From the NCBI GenBank assembly GCA_007134675.1, contig SLKJ01000008.1, positions 10,012 through 74,011 on the forward strand: 64,000 nt of DNA. Direction: 5' to 3'. Below, piece after piece: positions 56,239-64,000 of the stretch; position 1 is the first letter of the stretch, and each line of letters opens with the position of its first letter. Origin of the DNA: Bacteroidales bacterium (GTDB lineage: Bacteria; Bacteroidota; Bacteroidia; Bacteroidales; PUMT01). A program made the position numbers and the translations under genes. The notes under the pieces are model-generated. The model was not told the DNA's origin. It saw nothing but the letters and a program-made list of their open reading frames with translations, and searched no databases.

Positions 56239-57120
56239 TTATTCAGCCTGGTGCTTTCTTTTCACCAGGTTAATCAGTTTTTCAACAATCTCATCCTCCT
56301 CTTCCCATTCGTAATTTTCCCTGATATAGCTCAGTGCATGATCAAGGGTAGGGGATTGGTTCAGGGTATCAATACATTGATTATACTTATCAGGTCTTCC
56401 TTTGAAGAGCTCTTTAATGAAAAGAAATTTCTCATTCAGTCCGATAGAGTTTCTGAGGTCGGAAATAGGCTTTGACTGCATTTTTGAGGTCAGGTCCTTT
56501 TTTACCTGTTTATCTGCCATAGCCCGGTTTATATAGTTTTGCGAGGACTGATAACGGTCCGCCACTATCTCTATATCCTGTTTCCCGATATTTTTTCTGT
56601 CATTGGTCATTTCTTTCTGAGTACCGGTTTTCTTTTCTGATAAGTTATCTTCTCTGTCACTATCCGCAGGTTTTTTATCTTCCGCAGGTCTTTTATCTTC
56701 TGCGGGTCTTTTATCTTCTGCAGGTCCTGCATCCTCCCGGCGTTTTTCGTCCTTCCTTTCCTCTCCTGTTTTCGGCAATTCGGCTGTTTGCTCCGGACTA
56801 TCCTTTATGGATTTTACCTCTTCCTTTGGTTTGTGAACCGGATCTGGAATAATTCCTTCTGATTCGTAGTACCTTTCATCCTGAGCAGTATCCGGGTCAG
56901 ATGGCACCACAGATCTTCCATGAGCCAGGGTAGCTCTCTCCTGACCTTCAGTCTCTCCCGCTGCAATTTTGCGAAGGATGTCATAAAGTTCCCGCGTTTT
57001 ATCCAGGGCCAGATCAATATCAATTATTGAATGCTCTTTGCCGCTATTGAGTTGATTTATTATTAGTTCCAGCTCTCTGAGTTTATAATTCAGGCTTTTG
57101 GAAAAACTTTTTGAATACAT
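56239..57120 (-). CDS. Hypothetical protein with central acidic/basic low-complexity tandem repeat
   Basis: 293 aa. The N- and C-terminal segments look ordered and flank a repeat (PAEDKRPAEDKRPAEDKKPAD). No family recognised. Confidence 0.6.
   Translation of the reverse strand: MYSKSFSKSLNYKLRELELIINQLNSGKEHSIIDIDLALDKTRELYDILRKIAAGETEGQERATLAHGRSVVPSDPDTAQDERYYESEGIIPDPVHKPKEEVKSIKDSPEQTAELPKTGEERKDEKRREDAGPAEDKRPAEDKRPAEDKKPADSDREDNLSEKKTGTQKEMTNDRKNIGKQDIEIVADRYQSSQNYINRAMADKQVKKDLTSKMQSKPISDLRNSIGLNEKFLFIKELFKGRPDKYNQCIDTLNQSPTLDHALSYIRENYEWEEEDEIVEKLINLVKRKHQAE
56664..56724. repeat. Three tandem 18-nt units inside the hypothetical CDS
   Basis: The units are 56671-56688 ttttttatcttccgcagg, 56689-56706 tcttttatcttctgcggg and 56707-56724 tcttttatcttctgcagg, preceded by a partial unit at 56664-56670. 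On the minus strand they encode the PAEDK(R/K) hexapeptide repeats. Confidence 0.85.
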
Positions 57121-57195
57121 AAAACATTATTAACTGTTGATATGGCAATTTATTTACTTTTGTAAAATTAACAATTAAATAGTAAAGCAGCCGGG

Positions 57196-57762
57196 ATGTT
57201 TCTGGAAAATTCAAATAAGGACGGTAAAAAGAAGGGTTGGATTGAAGTTATTGCCGGATCCATGTTTTCCGGGAAGACTGAAGAGCTTATACGACGGTTG
57301 AGGAGGGCAAAGATTGCCAATCAAAAAGTGGAGATATTCAAGCCGGAAATAGATGACAGGTATTCTGAACAAAAGGTTGTTTCGCATGATGACAATGCTA
57401 TTATGTCTACCCCGGTTTCAACTTCCCGGAATATTCTTCTTCTGGCCACTGACGTGGAAGTAGTGGGCATTGATGAAGCCCAGTTTTTTGATATTGGCCT
57501 TGTTGATGTCTGTAATGATCTTGCAAACAGGGGTGTAAGGGTTGTTGTCGCTGGTCTCGACATGGATTTCAGGGGAAAACCCTTCGGACCCATTCCTGCA
57601 TTGCTGGCTGTTGCGGAATATGTGACCAAAGTGCATGCAATATGCATGCAGTGCGGAAACCTTGCTCATTATTCTTTCCGTAAGGATTCATCTGAGAAGG
57701 TTTTGCTGATAGGTGAAAAGAATGTTTACGAACCACTGTGCCGCAGTTGCTATAACAGATAA
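57196..57762 (+). CDS. tdk: Thymidine kinase
   Basis: 188 aa. The P-loop is [14 protein letters not shown], with [10 protein letters not shown] and the Zn-ribbon cysteines CMQCG...CRSC. Confidence 0.92.
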   Translation: MFLENSNKDGKKKGWIEVIAGSMFSGKTEELIRRLRRAKIANQKVEIFKPEIDDRYSEQKVVSHDDNAIMSTPVSTSRNILLLATDVEVVGIDEAQFFDIGLVDVCNDLANRGVRVVVAGLDMDFRGKPFGPIPALLAVAEYVTKVHAICMQCGNLAHYSFRKDSSEKVLLIGEKNVYEPLCRSCYNR

Positions 57763-57828
57763 AAAAGCAGGACTGAGAGACAAAAGGTATACCGGTTGTA
57801 ATTTCAATTATTAAAATTTACCCGGCAG

Positions 57829-60297
57829 ATGGCAGATTACTTTATTAAAGAATTGGCAGCAGCATGTGGAGGTGAGCTGCAAAGTGCATCAGAAAACAGT
57901 AAAATAAGACATCTGTTAACTGACAGCAGGAAGTTTTCATTTCCGGGCGAGTCAATCTTTGTGGCAATTTCTGGTGAGCGCAACGATGGGCATAATTATG
58001 TGACAGACCTTTATCACCAGCAGGTAAGGAACTTTCTTGTCAGTCGTCTGCCCGGGAAACCGGAGGATTTTCCCGGGGCAAATTTTATTCTTGTTAATGA
58101 TACCCTTCTGGCCATGCAGCAGATTTCAGCCATGCACCGGAAAGCATTTAATCTGCCGGTCATAGGTATAACCGGAAGTAACGGGAAGACGATTTTAAAG
58201 GAATGGCTGTTTCAGTTACTATATAAAGACAAGGTAGTAGTGCGCAGTCCGAAAAGCTACAATTCACAGGTCGGTGTCCCCCTTTCGGTCTGGCAACTGA
58301 GGCCCCATCATGAAATTGCTGTTTTTGAAGCGGGGATATCCAAACCCGGGGAGATGAAATATCTGGAGCCTGTAATTAAACCCGACATTGGTATTATAAC
58401 TAACATTGGCCTGGCTCACCAGGAGAATTTCGATAATATTAACCAGAAACTTGCTGAAAAGCTTATTCTTTTCAATAATTCGGACCTGTTAATCTACTGT
58501 GGAGATCATAAAATTATTGATGAGTATATCAGAGGCATCGAATTTCCTGCCAACCGTAAATTATTCAGATGGGCAGTTTCCGGTCCGGCCGACCTCAGGA
58601 TAACAAATAAGCATAGAAAAGCAAACAATACTGTTATTAATGCATGTTTCAGGGGAGAAAAATGCCGGATAACCATACCTTTTACTGACCAGGCCTCGAC
58701 AGAGAATGCAATTCATGCCTGGGCAGTTTTACTTGTGCTTGGTTATTCCCATGATTACATTGAAAATAATATGAAAGATCTGACCCGGGTTGCCATGCGA
58801 CTTGAGCAGAAACAGGGAATAAATAACTGTACTGTCATAAACGACAGCTACAACTCAGATCCCGGATCATTGAGAATTGCCATGGATTTTCTTTTTCAGC
58901 AGACCCAGCATCAGAAAAAGACAGTATTCCTTTCAGATATGTTTGAAACGGGCAGGATAAACGATGAGCTTTACCATGAAATTGGAGAAATGCTTGGCAG
59001 GGAGCAAGTATGGCGCTTTGTCGGCATAGGTGAAAATATTAAGGGGGTCCGGAATTTCATGAGCGGGAATGCGGAGTTTTACGATACAACCGATGAGTTT
59101 CTCAGCCGGTTTGACCCCGGTAGTTTTGCTAATGAAGCTATTTTGCTCAAGGGGTCAAGGAAATTTGGCTTTGAGAGGATATCTCTGCTTCTTGAGGAAA
59201 AGGCGCATGCCACGATATTGGAGATCAATCTCAACAATCTTATCCGGAACTACAACTATTTTAGAGCGCGTCTGGATCCGGGTACTGCTGTAATGGCCGT
59301 TGTGAAAGCCCATTCCTATGGCAGCGGAAGCCATCAAATTGCAAATATTCTGGCTTACAACCTTGTGGATTATCTCGCGGTTGCCTTTATTGACGAGGGT
59401 ATTAGTCTTCGAAAAGCAGGTATAGATATCCCTGTTATGGTAATGAACCCCGATCAGACAGGTTATACAATCATGACTGATTATCTACTGGAGCCGGAGA
59501 TTTATGGTTTTGGCGGACTGAATAGTTTTATTAACAACCTTGCAGTTAAGGGGATAAAGAACTATCCCGTTCATATAAAACTCGATACAGGAATGCACCG
59601 GCTTGGTTTTTCACAGAGTGAGATTCCAGAACTGATTGAAATCCTGAACAGTTGTGACAACATCACTGTAAAATCCCTCTTTTCTCATCTTGCAGCCGCA
59701 GATGACCCTTCTCATGACACCTTTACCGCTGAACAGATAGAACTTTTTGAAATTATGTCTGATAAAATTTCCGGCTCGCTGGGCTATCCTGTAATAAGGC
59801 ATATTCTGAATTCTGCAGGGATCGAAAGGTTTCCCGGGGCACAATTTGAAATGGTGAGGCTCGGTATAGGCATGTATGGTATAAGTGCCCTGAAAAATAA
59901 CAGGCTTGCCACCGTGAACACCTTTAAAAGTATTATCTCGCAGATAAAAAGAGTCCCTGCAGGTAATTCTGTAGGCTATTCCAGGGCACATACAACGGAT
60001 ATTGATACCAGTGTAGCAATTGTTCCGGTAGGTTATGCAGACGGTCTGGACAGGAGGCTCGGGAACAATAAAGGTAAAATGGTTGTTAATGGTGTTGCTG
60101 TTCCTGTTATCGGAAACGTCTGTATGGATATGTGCATGATTGATGTGACGGGAACAGGAGCAAAAGAGGGTGATGAGGTGATAGTTTTTGGAGAAGAGAA
60201 TTCCATTACCGATATTGCAGAATTATTATCAACCATCCCTTATGAGATTTTTACAAACATTTCCGGAAGGGTTAAACGGGTTTATATACAGGAATAA
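57829..60297 (+). CDS. murF/alr: Bifunctional UDP-N-acetylmuramoyl-tripeptide--D-alanyl-D-alanine ligase / alanine racemase
   Basis: 822 aa. The MurF part has TDSRKFSFPGESIFVAISGERNDGHNYV, GITGSNGKT and DSYNSDP. The Alr part begins near residue 460 with VVKAHSYGSG (PLP lysine), LDTGMHRLG, VGYADG and GNVCMDMCMIDV. Confidence 0.9.
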   Translation: MADYFIKELAAACGGELQSASENSKIRHLLTDSRKFSFPGESIFVAISGERNDGHNYVTDLYHQQVRNFLVSRLPGKPEDFPGANFILVNDTLLAMQQISAMHRKAFNLPVIGITGSNGKTILKEWLFQLLYKDKVVVRSPKSYNSQVGVPLSVWQLRPHHEIAVFEAGISKPGEMKYLEPVIKPDIGIITNIGLAHQENFDNINQKLAEKLILFNNSDLLIYCGDHKIIDEYIRGIEFPANRKLFRWAVSGPADLRITNKHRKANNTVINACFRGEKCRITIPFTDQASTENAIHAWAVLLVLGYSHDYIENNMKDLTRVAMRLEQKQGINNCTVINDSYNSDPGSLRIAMDFLFQQTQHQKKTVFLSDMFETGRINDELYHEIGEMLGREQVWRFVGIGENIKGVRNFMSGNAEFYDTTDEFLSRFDPGSFANEAILLKGSRKFGFERISLLLEEKAHATILEINLNNLIRNYNYFRARLDPGTAVMAVVKAHSYGSGSHQIANILAYNLVDYLAVAFIDEGISLRKAGIDIPVMVMNPDQTGYTIMTDYLLEPEIYGFGGLNSFINNLAVKGIKNYPVHIKLDTGMHRLGFSQSEIPELIEILNSCDNITVKSLFSHLAAADDPSHDTFTAEQIELFEIMSDKISGSLGYPVIRHILNSAGIERFPGAQFEMVRLGIGMYGISALKNNRLATVNTFKSIISQIKRVPAGNSVGYSRAHTTDIDTSVAIVPVGYADGLDRRLGNNKGKMVVNGVAVPVIGNVCMDMCMIDVTGTGAKEGDEVIVFGEENSITDIAELLSTIPYEIFTNISGRVKRVYIQE

Positions 60298-60309
60298 ACA
60301 GATACAACA

Positions 60310-61080
60310 ATGCCTGAGATATCAGCAGTAATTATCACCTTTAATGAGGAGAAAAATATTGAACGTTGTCTTAAATCACTGGAAAGGGTTGCTGATGAGA
60401 TAATTGTTGTCGACTCTTTCTCCACTGACAGTACCCGGGAAATTTGTGAAAGGTTCAGTGTGAAATTTATTCAGAACTCTTTTGGAGGATACATTGAGCA
60501 GAAAAATTTTGCACTCTCCCTTGCCAGATATCGACTCGTTCTCTCCCTTGATGCGGATGAAGCACTTTCACCCGGGCTTGAGGAGTCAGTGCTCAGGGTT
60601 AAAAGTGAGTTGAAATATGATGGTTATTATATCAATCGCCGGAACAACTACTATGGCAAGTGGATCAGGTTTACGAGCAGGTATCCTGACAGAAAACTGC
60701 GTTTGTGGGATAAAACAAAGGGGTCCTGGGGCGGCCTGAACCCGCATGACAAAGTTATTATGGATAAAGGCTCGCAGGTAACCTTTCTCAGCGGGGATAT
60801 TGAGCATTACGCCTATTCATCCGTTTCCGGGCATGTGGCACAGGTCAACAGGTTTACCGATATTGCCGCCAGGGCTCATTACGACAGGGGCATAAGTGCC
60901 GGATACCTGAAGATTATAGGACATCCTCTATGGAAATTTTTCAGGGAGTATATTATAAGAGGTGGGGTACTGGATGGATATCACGGACTTGTGATAAGTG
61001 GGATTGCCTCGTTTGAGACATTTCTTAAGTATGTTAAGCTGAAAAAGCTTTACCGTGAATCAGGGAAAGGTTCCTGCTGA
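60310..61080 (+). CDS. Glycosyltransferase family 2 (LPS-core type)
   Basis: 256 aa with SAVIITFNEEKNIERCL, VVDSFSTDST and SLDADE (DxD). Confidence 0.82.
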   Translation: MPEISAVIITFNEEKNIERCLKSLERVADEIIVVDSFSTDSTREICERFSVKFIQNSFGGYIEQKNFALSLARYRLVLSLDADEALSPGLEESVLRVKSELKYDGYYINRRNNYYGKWIRFTSRYPDRKLRLWDKTKGSWGGLNPHDKVIMDKGSQVTFLSGDIEHYAYSSVSGHVAQVNRFTDIAARAHYDRGISAGYLKIIGHPLWKFFREYIIRGGVLDGYHGLVISGIASFETFLKYVKLKKLYRESGKGSC

Positions 61081-61083
61081 CGA

Positions 61084-61779
61084 TCAGCCGTGTTCACTGA
61101 TCTTTTCAAGTTGATTGAGATTGAGTATTTTAATTTTTCTGCCATCCACTGCAATAACATCCTCCGAGGCGAAGTTTGAGAGGGTCCTAATGGCGTTAGA
61201 GGTTGTCATGTTTGAAAGGTTGGCAACGTCTTCTCTTGAAAGATAGACTTTTATTGTTTGGTTATCCTGCTCAAGTCCGTAAGTGTTTTTAAGAAAAATC
61301 AGAGATTCAGCAAGTCTTCCCCTGATATGCTTTTGAGTCAGGTTTACTGTGCGGCTGTTTGAAAAACCAAGTTCTGTGGCAAATGATTTTATTATACTTA
61401 AAGAAAGAAATGAGTTTGTTTTCAGAACCTTGAAGAGAGACTCCCTGTTAATTATGCAGATTGTTGAATCTTCAATAGCTAAGGCTGTTGCCATATAATT
61501 TTCCTCTGCAAAAAGAGCTCTGTAACCAATAAAACCAAACGGTTTTGCCATTCTTACTATCTGTTCCCTGCCCCCGATACCCTCTTTGTATATTTTTACT
61601 TTTCCGGCCGACAAGCAAATCAGTCCGTCAGGCTTTTCACCTTCCCTGTAGATAGTATCACCTTTGTAGAATTGAAGGCATGTATGTTTTTCTGAAAGAA
61701 TCTCTTTTTCCTTCTGCGTTAGTTCGTAGAAGATGGAATTAGGGTTATTGATGCAGCGGTTACAGATAATATTGTTCAT
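61084..61779 (-). CDS. Crp/Fnr family transcriptional regulator
   Basis: 231 aa. It has an N-terminal CxxC (CNRC), a cNMP-binding beta-roll (YREGEKPDGLICLSAGKVKIY) and a C-terminal HTH (LSREDVANLSNMTTSNAIRTLSNF). Confidence 0.85.
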   Translation of the reverse strand: MNNIICNRCINNPNSIFYELTQKEKEILSEKHTCLQFYKGDTIYREGEKPDGLICLSAGKVKIYKEGIGGREQIVRMAKPFGFIGYRALFAEENYMATALAIEDSTICIINRESLFKVLKTNSFLSLSIIKSFATELGFSNSRTVNLTQKHIRGRLAESLIFLKNTYGLEQDNQTIKVYLSREDVANLSNMTTSNAIRTLSNFASEDVIAVDGRKIKILNLNQLEKISEHG

Positions 61780-61856
61780 ATCTTAAAAATAGTGGAACAA
61801 TCTTACAAATAAACTATTTTCTTTTCAAAATTACACACAAACGCTTGAAATCCTCA

Positions 61857-63515
61857 TCAATTGAATTTTGCTATCAGTGGCATCCGCCTGCCCTTACCGA
61901 ATGCTTTAGAACTTACCCTCAACACAGGCGGGGCCTGGTGTCTTTTATATTCTGTTGAATTTACAAGATGAACTACCTTTTCCACAATTTCCCTGTCAAA
62001 GCCCTCGTCAACAATAGCAGAGGTATGCTTCTGTTGTTCTATATATCTGAACAATATTTTATCGAGCAGGCTGTACTCGGGAAGAGAATCAGAATCCTTT
62101 TGATTTTCTCTTAATTCTGCACTGGGAGCTCTCTTAATGGTGTCTTCGGGAATTATTTCTTCGTTGCGGTTTATGTATCCGGCCAATTCATATATCTGTG
62201 TTTTGTATAGGTCGCCGAGTACTGACAAAGCACCATTCATATCTCCGTAAAGGGTACTGTAACCAACGGCGGATTCACTTTTGTTTGATGTATTAAGCAT
62301 CAGGAATCCGAACTTATTGGCCAGTGCCATAAGCAGGGTTCCTCTGATCCGTGACTGGATATTTTCTTCTGTAGTATCTTCAGGTAAATTCTCAAACAGA
62401 GGTGCAAGCGATTTTATGAATGAGGCGTTAAGATCATCAATCCCTATTTCATTAAAGGAGATATTTAAGTTATCGGCAAGTTTACGGGCATTCTCTAAGG
62501 AGATTGATGCAGAGTATTTTGAAGGCATGAATAGAGAATGGACATTTTCATGTCCCAGGGCTTCTGAAGCCAAAACTGCTGTTACAGCTGAATCCAGTCC
62601 CCCGGAAACTCCGACAACAGCTTTTTCAAATCCCGACTTCGTAAAGAAGTCCCTGATCCCTAAAACAAGTGCCTGGAATAACATTTCCATACTATTTGTC
62701 GGGGCCGGATCAGTCCCATGTGCAGGTGTATTACGCACCTCCTGCAGCCCATATATCTGAAAATCTTCCTCAAACCACGAAACCCTGTCGAAAAGTTCAC
62801 CATTATGGGTTACGACAAGTGAACCTCCCTCGAAGATCAGATCGGTATTTGCTCCCACCTGATTCACCATGAAAAGCGGAAGTTTGTACTTTTTTGCTGT
62901 ATTAATAAAAATATTCTTTTTATCGCGCACTTTCGACAGGGCAAAGGGAGATGCTGATATATTCACTATCATATCGGGTTTCAGTCCGATTAGTTTTTCC
63001 ATGGGTGAAACAGTATACAGCCTGTTATTGCCGAAACTGTTGTCAAAGTTTTGTTCATACCATAGATCCTCGCAAATGGTCAGGGCTATTTTATGGCCCT
63101 TGTATTCAACCAGGCTGAACTCTTTATTTGGTTCAAAATATCGGTACTCATCAAATACATCATAATCGGGCAACAGGGTCTTATGATGTACGCTCTGGAT
63201 TTTACCTTCAAATAAAAAAAACGCAGAATTATAAAGGCTTTTCCCCTCTTTATTGGGATTAAAAGATGGAGAGCCTATTATAACCGCAATATCTGTACAT
63301 ATCTTCGCGATTTTTTCGACCGATTCCTGGCACTTATCAGTGAAGTCTTTATAATCAAGGATGTCAAGTGGTGGATAGCCGCAGATGGATAATTCAGGAA
63401 ATATTACCAGGTCGGCATTAAACTGTTGCGCTTTCTTTATGCAAAAAACAATCCTGGTCGTGTTTTCGGAAAAATTTCCGACATGCAGATTGATTTGGGC
63501 CAGAGCGATCTTCAT
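61857..63515 (-). CDS. nadE: Glutamine-dependent NAD+ synthetase
   Basis: 552 aa. The N-terminal CN-hydrolase domain has KIALAQIN, FPELSICGYPP and ICEDLW. The C-terminal NAD synthase domain has the GVSGGLDSAV P-loop. Confidence 0.92.
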   Translation of the reverse strand: MKIALAQINLHVGNFSENTTRIVFCIKKAQQFNADLVIFPELSICGYPPLDILDYKDFTDKCQESVEKIAKICTDIAVIIGSPSFNPNKEGKSLYNSAFFLFEGKIQSVHHKTLLPDYDVFDEYRYFEPNKEFSLVEYKGHKIALTICEDLWYEQNFDNSFGNNRLYTVSPMEKLIGLKPDMIVNISASPFALSKVRDKKNIFINTAKKYKLPLFMVNQVGANTDLIFEGGSLVVTHNGELFDRVSWFEEDFQIYGLQEVRNTPAHGTDPAPTNSMEMLFQALVLGIRDFFTKSGFEKAVVGVSGGLDSAVTAVLASEALGHENVHSLFMPSKYSASISLENARKLADNLNISFNEIGIDDLNASFIKSLAPLFENLPEDTTEENIQSRIRGTLLMALANKFGFLMLNTSNKSESAVGYSTLYGDMNGALSVLGDLYKTQIYELAGYINRNEEIIPEDTIKRAPSAELRENQKDSDSLPEYSLLDKILFRYIEQQKHTSAIVDEGFDREIVEKVVHLVNSTEYKRHQAPPVLRVSSKAFGKGRRMPLIAKFN

Positions 63516-63562
63516 GGTTTGTCTTTTTCATGGTTACAAATAAAAACCTGACTTCTTTGTCG

Positions 63563-64000
63563 TCAAAATAACAGTCCGGCTCTTAATGACAAGGAATTAA
63601 GAAGTGCCTTGTAATGGGGACTGCTGGCGATATCAAAAAATCTGTGCCGGTACTCCAATCCTGCGACAATAGATGTTTGTCCTCCCAGAGAGTATTGAAC
63701 ACCGGCTCCGAAATGATAGGACAGGTTAAACAGTGCGATCTCATTTTTCAGATTTTCATTTTCTATACCAAGGGCACTGATGTCTGCTTTCGATCTGATA
63801 TTGAAATGAGTACCAAAACCCAGTTTGACATATATTGTTGAATAGCCGATTTCTCGTGTAGTGAATTTTAATCCAAATGGGACATCAATATACTGTAGTT
63901 TATAAATCAGAATATTACCCGGAGCGATAGTATCTGTAAAATCTGTAAATTGAACGGGAAACGGTTGGTTGAACTTTAGTTTTCCTCCTATACTGTTGAT
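63563..64000 (-). CDS. Outer membrane beta-barrel protein (PorT / OMP_b-brl_2-like), 5'-truncated by the window edge
   Basis: Hand translation of the minus strand, in frame from 64000, reads ...YIDVPFGLKFTTREIGYSTIYVKLGFGTHFNIRSKADI...NLSYHFGAGVQYSLGGQTSIVAGLEYRHRFFDI...SLRAGLLF, with the stop at 63563-63565. The alternating beta-strand pattern and terminal Phe are typical of OMPs. Confidence 0.7.
   Translation of the reverse strand: MNSIGGKLKFNQPFPVQFTDFTDTIAPGNILIYKLQYIDVPFGLKFTTREIGYSTIYVKLGFGTHFNIRSKADISALGIENENLKNEIALFNLSYHFGAGVQYSLGGQTSIVAGLEYRHRFFDIASSPHYKALLNSLSLRAGLLF

Noticed and set aside
63614-63841. 75-aa + strand ORF listed in the ORF track at the right edge.
   Set aside because: The opposite strand carries a continuous open frame from 64000 to the stop at 63563-63565. 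That frame has a convincing outer-membrane beta-barrel pattern and a terminal Phe, so the + ORF is its shadow.
1-64000. Whole-window scan for CRISPR arrays, rRNA, IS elements or transposases, integrases, phage genes, restriction-modification systems, toxin-antitoxin pairs and other defence modules.
   Set aside because: No regularly spaced repeats were seen. No ORF has transposase, integrase, recombinase, methylase or nuclease-NTPase defence-type motifs. Gene content and tight co-directional packing look like core chromosome.

Overview
The window reads as a chromosomal, mostly housekeeping segment of a Bacteroidota (Bacteroidia-like) genome, roughly 40% GC by eye (not computed). Support for that placement: -33 TTTG / -7 TAnnTTTG promoter motifs, a MurF-Alr fusion, a TonB-dependent receptor with a CarboxypepD_reg-type N-terminus, TPR sensor kinases, a PorT-like beta-barrel protein and LptF/G-type permeases. 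About 55 CDS are packed tightly, often with 4-nt overlaps. Replication and information genes: dnaB, dnaK, fmt, tgt, rsmG, rsmI, xseA/xseB, tdk, a CCA-adding enzyme, a DEAD-box helicase and an RluA-type synthase. Cofactor genes: ribBA, panB, ispE, nadE and nnr. Envelope genes: two LptF/G permeases, four glycosyltransferases, murF-alr and a LysM glucosaminidase. Transport genes: a TonB receptor, two AbgT paralogs and an SSS symporter. Features found by hand that the ORF track does not list: a tRNA with anticodon CAT, rpmH (52 aa), a TPP riboswitch upstream of the TonB receptor, several intrinsic terminators and a 3'-partial outer-membrane beta-barrel CDS at the right edge. I saw no CRISPR array, rRNA, transposase, integrase, phage gene or recognisable defence gene. 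I did not find a convincing novel multi-gene system. The best follow-up targets are: (1) an orphan ~320-nt structured RNA candidate at 4800-5115, with its own promoter and terminator and four UUCG-capped hairpins, which I cannot assign to any family by eye; (2) an in-frame internally deleted glpK remnant; (3) xseA and xseB separated by two tandem paralogous TPR histidine kinases; (4) a trypsin-fold protein that keeps GNSGSP but seems to lack the catalytic His and Asp; (5) a REC-PAS-class III adenylate cyclase.
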